From positions 2,220,001-2,252,000 of the forward strand of contig NC_010655.1 of assembly GCF_000020225.1 (NCBI RefSeq): DNA of 32,000 bases. The letters run 5' to 3'. Every line of letters begins with the position of its first letter. Position 1 is the stretch's first letter. The notes under the pieces are model-generated. The model did no database searches and was not told the DNA's origin. It saw only the letters and a program-made list of their open reading frames with translations. This DNA comes from Akkermansia muciniphila ATCC BAA-835 (lineage in GTDB: Bacteria; Verrucomicrobiota; Verrucomicrobiia; Verrucomicrobiales; Akkermansiaceae). The position numbers and the translations under genes were made by a program. Of the stretch, positions 28,025-32,000 are shown piece after piece.

Positions 28025-28876
28025 TTATGCGTCGTTTTTTAAGGAAATAGGGACGATCAGGAAAGAGGCCAGGATAAGCAGGCAGCCGATGGACAGAAGG
28101 AACATGTTGGAATGCTCCCTGAACAGGAGCAGGGAAGTCATGGCCGCCAGGGGAATCTTGAGATTGTTCATAATCGCCAGCTTTACGGGAGTTACCCGGC
28201 GCGCGCCGTAATTCCACAGGAAAAAACAGACTCCTGAAGCGATGACGCCCAAATAGGTCAGCAGCCACCATTGCACGGTTGAAATCCCCTGCCAGCAGGC
28301 CAGTCCTGACGGCAGGCCGGAAGGCAGAGTAACCAGCAGGGCGCCTGCATAGGCATAGGCGAAGCAGGATGCTTCGCTTCTCCCGAACCAGGAATTTTTC
28401 AGGGAAATGTAGGCTATCTGACCTGCCGCGAAGCAGAGGTTGGAAAGCTGGACCAGAACGATTCCTGTTAACTCCCCGTTACCGGAGGAATATCCTTTCC
28501 AAAGGATTCCCGCCCCTCCCATGGCTGCAAGAATAGCCGCCGCCAGATGGAGCGGCGGAAGATTCTTTTTCATCAGGCCGTCTATTAGAACCACATAAAT
28601 CGGCGTGGTGGCTGTAAAAAGGGCAACCTGGTGGGAAGGCAGATAGTGGAAGGCAGCGATATAGAAAAGATACATCCCTCCGAACTGGACGGCGCCTATC
28701 CCCATCATCCCCACGGCATGGCTGAGGGGCGCCTTCCGGACGAAGGGGAGAAAAACGGCAAATGAACCGGCCATGCGTGCCAGTGCGACAAAGCTGGCGG
28801 GAAGTCCGGACAGGCAATTTCCCAGCAGTCCGAATGACAACGCCCAAATGAAAGACGTGAGCAGCAACGCAGGCAT
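28025..28876 (-). CDS. EamA/DMT-superfamily transporter (283 aa)
   Basis: About ten hydrophobic helices and an EamA-like N-terminus (LLLTSFIWALSFGLLGN). I chose ATG 28876 (alternative 28933). The ORF-track start at 28999 runs into the tRNA terminator hairpin. Confidence 0.75.
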   Translation of the reverse strand: MPALLLTSFIWALSFGLLGNCLSGLPASFVALARMAGSFAVFLPFVRKAPLSHAVGMMGIGAVQFGGMYLFYIAAFHYLPSHQVALFTATTPIYVVLIDGLMKKNLPPLHLAAAILAAMGGAGILWKGYSSGNGELTGIVLVQLSNLCFAAGQIAYISLKNSWFGRSEASCFAYAYAGALLVTLPSGLPSGLACWQGISTVQWWLLTYLGVIASGVCFFLWNYGARRVTPVKLAIMNNLKIPLAAMTSLLLFREHSNMFLLSIGCLLILASFLIVPISLKNDA

Positions 28877-28985
28877 GCGGGCGGAAGCATACGGAGAGAG
28901 GAAAACCAAGTCAATGCCCACGGCGCAGAGCATATAGTCGGGAACATGCAAAATTACCCAAAAAACGGGGTAAGATAATGGTTCT

Positions 28986-29025
28986 AAACATAAAAACACC
29001 CCGAAATATTGAATTCCGGGGTGTT
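28986..29025 (-). terminator. Rho-independent terminator after tRNA-Val
   Basis: On the minus strand, a 9-bp stem AACACCCCG / CGGGGTGTT (13-nt loop) is followed by TTTATGTTT. It begins 8 nt after the tRNA 3' end. Confidence 0.7.
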
Positions 29026-29033
29026 CAGGAAAA

Positions 29034-29108
29034 TGGTACGCGGTACTGGTTTCGAACCAGTGACCCCATGCGTGTGAAGCATGTGCTCTACCACTGAGCT
29101 AACCGCGC
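29034..29108 (-). tRNA. tRNA-Val (anticodon CAC), CCA encoded
   Basis: The hand-folded cloverleaf is GCGCGGT-TA-GCTC-AGTGGTA-GAGC-A-CATGC-TTCACAC-GCATG-GGGTC-ACTGG-TTCGAAA-CCAGT-ACCGCGT-A-CCA. All stems pair, and position 1:72 is a G.U pair. Confidence 0.9.
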
Positions 29109-29317
29109 ATTTGCAGTGCAGGAGGAATATATCGTTCGTGCCGGGGATTGGCAAGGAGTTTTTTGAAATCGGGTAAAAAAGGATTCCGCTTTTCCGCCGT
29201 CAACAAGTTCCCGGAGGAATGACCGGTGTACAGTTTCTCCGAGGGACGGTTTGGAAAAGTGGAAAGGTGGCTTAATTCCGGCTTGTACAGCATCAACCGT
29301 CTTCCTACACTCCGGGC

Positions 29318-30421
29318 ATGAGTTGCACAATCCCTCCCAGAGCATGGGCCCAGATTGATACCAATGCGTTGAGGCACAATTTAAACGTCGTCCGGCGCGT
29401 CATGCCGGATCACCGTCTGATGGCTATTGTGAAGGCGGAGGCTTATGGCCACGGTCTGGAAGGGGTGGTGAAGGCCCTGGATGGCGAAGATTGCGCTTTT
29501 TTCGGCGTTGCCACGGTGGCGGAGGCCTGCCGGGTGAGGGATGCCGGGGCAAAAACATGCCCGTTTATTCTCGGCCCCTGTTTTGAGGGGGAGCGGGAGG
29601 AAATCGTGCAGAACGGCTGGCGCGCCGCTCTTTCCAGCATGGAAGAGGCGGAGCATTTCAATTCCCTGGGCGCCCTTTACGGCAAAACCGTCCATGTCCA
29701 TTTGGGCGTGGATACCGGCATGGGGCGCAGCGGTTTTTTACCGAGTGAATTGCACGGCCTGACGGACAAGCTCAAACAGTTCAGTTATCTGGATCTGGAG
29801 GGCGTGTTTTCCCATTTATCCGCAGCTTCCGATGATATTTCCTTCACCCACGGACAGATCAGCGGCTTTACGGAAGCCGTAAATGAACTTTCCCAAGGCC
29901 ATCGGTACAAGTTCCGGCACCTGTGCAGCAGCGCCGCTGTGTTTAATTACAAGGTTCCCTGCGCCAATATGGCGAGGCTGGGCAGAATCCTGTACGGGTA
30001 TTCCCCCATGCCGTCTCCCTATAATAAGGAGCTGCGGCCTACAATGACCCTGTACAGCCGCATTACTCTGATACGCACGCTGCCGGGAAATCACGGCGTT
30101 TCCTACAACCACTGCTATATAACGAAGGGGAGCACGAAGGTGGCCACTATCGGCATCGGTTATGCGGATGGCTATCTTCAATATCTGTCTAACCAGGGAG
30201 CGAGGGTGTATATCAATGGCCAGTACTGTCCGGTTTTGGGCCGTGTGACGATGGACCAGATCATGGTGGACGTTACTTACATGGACCATGTGGAGACCGG
30301 AGACCTGGTGGAAATCATGGGGCCTAATGTAAGCTGGGAGGAACTGACGCGCCGTGCCAATACCATCCCCAGCAATGTGCTGACCAGCATCAGCGCCCGC
30401 GTGCCCCGGATTTACGTGTAG
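29318..30421 (+). CDS. alr: alanine racemase (367 aa)
   Basis: PLP-lysine motif [12 protein letters not shown] near the N-terminus. Also has GVATVAEA and the C-terminal [11 protein letters not shown] pattern typical of Alr. Confidence 0.9.
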   Translation: MSCTIPPRAWAQIDTNALRHNLNVVRRVMPDHRLMAIVKAEAYGHGLEGVVKALDGEDCAFFGVATVAEACRVRDAGAKTCPFILGPCFEGEREEIVQNGWRAALSSMEEAEHFNSLGALYGKTVHVHLGVDTGMGRSGFLPSELHGLTDKLKQFSYLDLEGVFSHLSAASDDISFTHGQISGFTEAVNELSQGHRYKFRHLCSSAAVFNYKVPCANMARLGRILYGYSPMPSPYNKELRPTMTLYSRITLIRTLPGNHGVSYNHCYITKGSTKVATIGIGYADGYLQYLSNQGARVYINGQYCPVLGRVTMDQIMVDVTYMDHVETGDLVEIMGPNVSWEELTRRANTIPSNVLTSISARVPRIYV

Positions 30422-30539
30422 GATAATGCCGGGGGCATGGTGATTAAAAGCTGTTGCCCGCCGCCCGAAAAAAATCAGGGGATTTGTTTGCAGATATGTT
30501 TTTCCCCGGCGGACACGGATAAACGTTTTACCGTACCTT

Positions 30540-31547
30540 TTACCGCTGGCGGATTCTATTCCAGTCTTCCGGCTCCAGAGCGCAGGGATCAGGGGCTACC
30601 CAGTGGCCCGGTTCTATTTCCACAGGGGTAAGGTCCGCTCCCACCGTCTCCGGATAGGAGGGGTGCTGGATGCGATGGCCGAAAGCAGAGCCGAGCGGCG
30701 GGTTGATGGGAGAGGGGACGTCTCCCGGCAGAGGCTGGTGCTTGTTGGCCCTGGAGGGGTCTGGTTCCGGAATAGCGTCCAGAAGAGCCTTGGTGTAAGC
30801 ATGTTTGGGGGATTGATAGATGGTTTCCGCATCTGACATTTCCACGATTTTACCCAGATACATGACCGCCACGCGGTCGGAGATGTGTTTGACGACCGCC
30901 AGATCATGGGCAATAAACAGGTAAGAGAGTTTGCGTTCCTCCTGAAGTTCCAGCAGCAGGTTGAGCACCTGGGACTGGACGGATACGTCAAGGGCGGAGA
31001 CGGGTTCGTCCAGAATAATGAGGCTGGGATTTAACGTCAGGGCGCGGGCGATGCCGATGCGCTGGCGTTGCCCGCCTGAGAATTCAAAGGGGAAGCGGTC
31101 AATAGCGCTGTCCGGCAACCCTACGCGATCCAGCAGGCCGCGCACCCATTCCCGGCGCGCGGCGGGGGTGCCCATGCGGTGGATGACAAAGGGTTCCGCT
31201 ACGATTTGACCGATGGATTGCCTCTGGTTGAGGGATTCCGCAGGGTCCTGGAAGACCATCTGGATGTGCGGACGCAGAGGCCTCATTTTGCGCTGGGAGA
31301 GTCTGGCGATATTGTTGCCGTTGAACCGGATGGAGCCCCCGGTGGGTTTCAGCAGGCGGACAATGCTTTTGCCAATGGTTGATTTTCCGCAGCCGGATTC
31401 CCCTACCAGGCCCAGCGTTTCCCCCGGGTAAATATTGAAGGAAACGTCGTCCACAGCCTTGACCCATCCCGCTTGCCGCAGGAAAATTCCGGAGCGGACG
31501 GGGAAGTACATTTTCAAATTGTCTACTTGCAAGAGAGGTTCCGGCAT
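30540..31547 (-). CDS. oligopeptide/dipeptide ABC transporter ATP-binding protein (OppF/DppF-like, 335 aa)
   Basis: Walker A GESGCGKST, signature FSGGQRQR, Walker B LIILDEPVSALD, H-loop FIAHDL, and the Opp/Dpp C-terminal extension (HAYTKALLDAIP). Confidence 0.9.
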   Translation of the reverse strand: MPEPLLQVDNLKMYFPVRSGIFLRQAGWVKAVDDVSFNIYPGETLGLVGESGCGKSTIGKSIVRLLKPTGGSIRFNGNNIARLSQRKMRPLRPHIQMVFQDPAESLNQRQSIGQIVAEPFVIHRMGTPAARREWVRGLLDRVGLPDSAIDRFPFEFSGGQRQRIGIARALTLNPSLIILDEPVSALDVSVQSQVLNLLLELQEERKLSYLFIAHDLAVVKHISDRVAVMYLGKIVEMSDAETIYQSPKHAYTKALLDAIPEPDPSRANKHQPLPGDVPSPINPPLGSAFGHRIQHPSYPETVGADLTPVEIEPGHWVAPDPCALEPEDWNRIRQR

Positions 31548-31565
31548 GGCTGGTAGAAAAAGAAG

Positions 31566-32000
31566 TTAAAGGTTGGCGCAACGGGGGCAGGCTTCCACGA
31601 AGTGGTCCGGGGATATTTCCACGAGGGGAGGGCGTTCCGTGAGTTCTTCCGCGGGCACACCCTGCCTTTGGCAGAAGCGGCATCCGGGAACAAAATCCGC
31701 AATAGAGGCCACCTGACCGGGAATGGTGGGCAGTTTGGTTTTCCGCACGGAACTTAGCTGAGGGATGGAGGCCAGCAGTCCCTTGGTGTAAGCATGGCGG
31801 GGGTTGGCAAAAAGTTCCCGGACAGGGGCCTTTTCCACCACGCGGCCAGCGTACATGACGACTACGGAGTCACAGCTCTGTGCGATGACGCCCAGGTCAT
31901 GTGTAATGAGGATGGAGGATGACCCCATTTCCGCCTGAAGGTCTTTGAGCAGGGACAGGATTTGAGCCTGAACGGTGACATCCAGGGCCGTAGTAGGTTC
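31566..32000 (-). CDS. oligopeptide/dipeptide ABC transporter ATP-binding protein (OppD/DppD-like), 3' part; 5' end beyond the window
   Basis: The frame is open to base 32000 and reads EPTTALDVTVQAQILSLLKDLQAEMGSSSILITHDLGV...HAYTKGLLASIP, with a Cys-containing tail CRFCQR...CPRC. The ORF-track Met at 31928 is internal. Confidence 0.85.
   Translation of the reverse strand, partial: EPTTALDVTVQAQILSLLKDLQAEMGSSSILITHDLGVIAQSCDSVVVMYAGRVVEKAPVRELFANPRHAYTKGLLASIPQLSSVRKTKLPTIPGQVASIADFVPGCRFCQRQGVPAEELTERPPLVEISPDHFVEACPRCANL

Noticed and set aside
28877-28999. Upstream extension of the EamA transporter (ORF-track start 28999)
   Set aside because: The extension runs into the tRNA-Val terminator hairpin (28986-29025). 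The EamA-like N-terminus starts at the Met at 28876 (or 28933).
29088-29377. 85-aa and 92-aa minus-strand ORFs between the tRNA and alr
   Set aside because: They overlap the tRNA gene and the alr start region and have no coding signature. This is most likely the promoter region for the tRNA and alr.
30422-30539. Possible terminator hairpins between the convergent alr and oppF-like genes
   Set aside because: There are only short or long-loop pairings (ATGCC-GGG-GGCAT; CCGCCG...CGGCGG with a ~35-nt loop) and no clear T run, so this is not supportable as a terminator call.

Overview
The window looks like ordinary chromosome from a mucin-degrading Verrucomicrobiota gut bacterium. Gene content and several proteins look Akkermansia-like, but that is recognition from memory, not a search. 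In order, it contains: the 3' end of a large envelope protein; a minus-strand fucose operon (fucP-fucI-[decayed four-helix-bundle gene]-fucK-fucA); a divergent small secreted protein plus a GH33 sialidase; an orphan ECF sigma factor; a decayed GNAT gene followed by a CsoR-family repressor and an HMA-less P1B ATPase with twin operators in its promoter; a TPP riboswitch with thiC; a periplasmic thioredoxin-like protein; and a second ECF sigma with a putative anti-sigma, a PDZ-only secreted protein and a broken beta-helix/PDZ gene. It ends with a dGTPase-like gene, a multicopper oxidase that runs in frame into a CopB-like barrel across a single TGA, an EamA transporter, tRNA-Val(CAC), alanine racemase and two Opp/Dpp ABC ATPases. 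I saw no CRISPR array, IS element, integrase or phage genes. The points most worth follow-up are four lesioned genes (three single in-frame nonsense codons and two frameshifts), the apparent oxidase-CopB fusion, the uncharacterised ECF/anti-sigma/PDZ cluster, a FucP permease with a ~160-aa insertion plus two extra hydrophobic segments, and an ATPase whose metal-site motifs fit no standard P1B subclass. All family assignments rest on motifs read by eye and remembered family consensus. No searches or computations were run.
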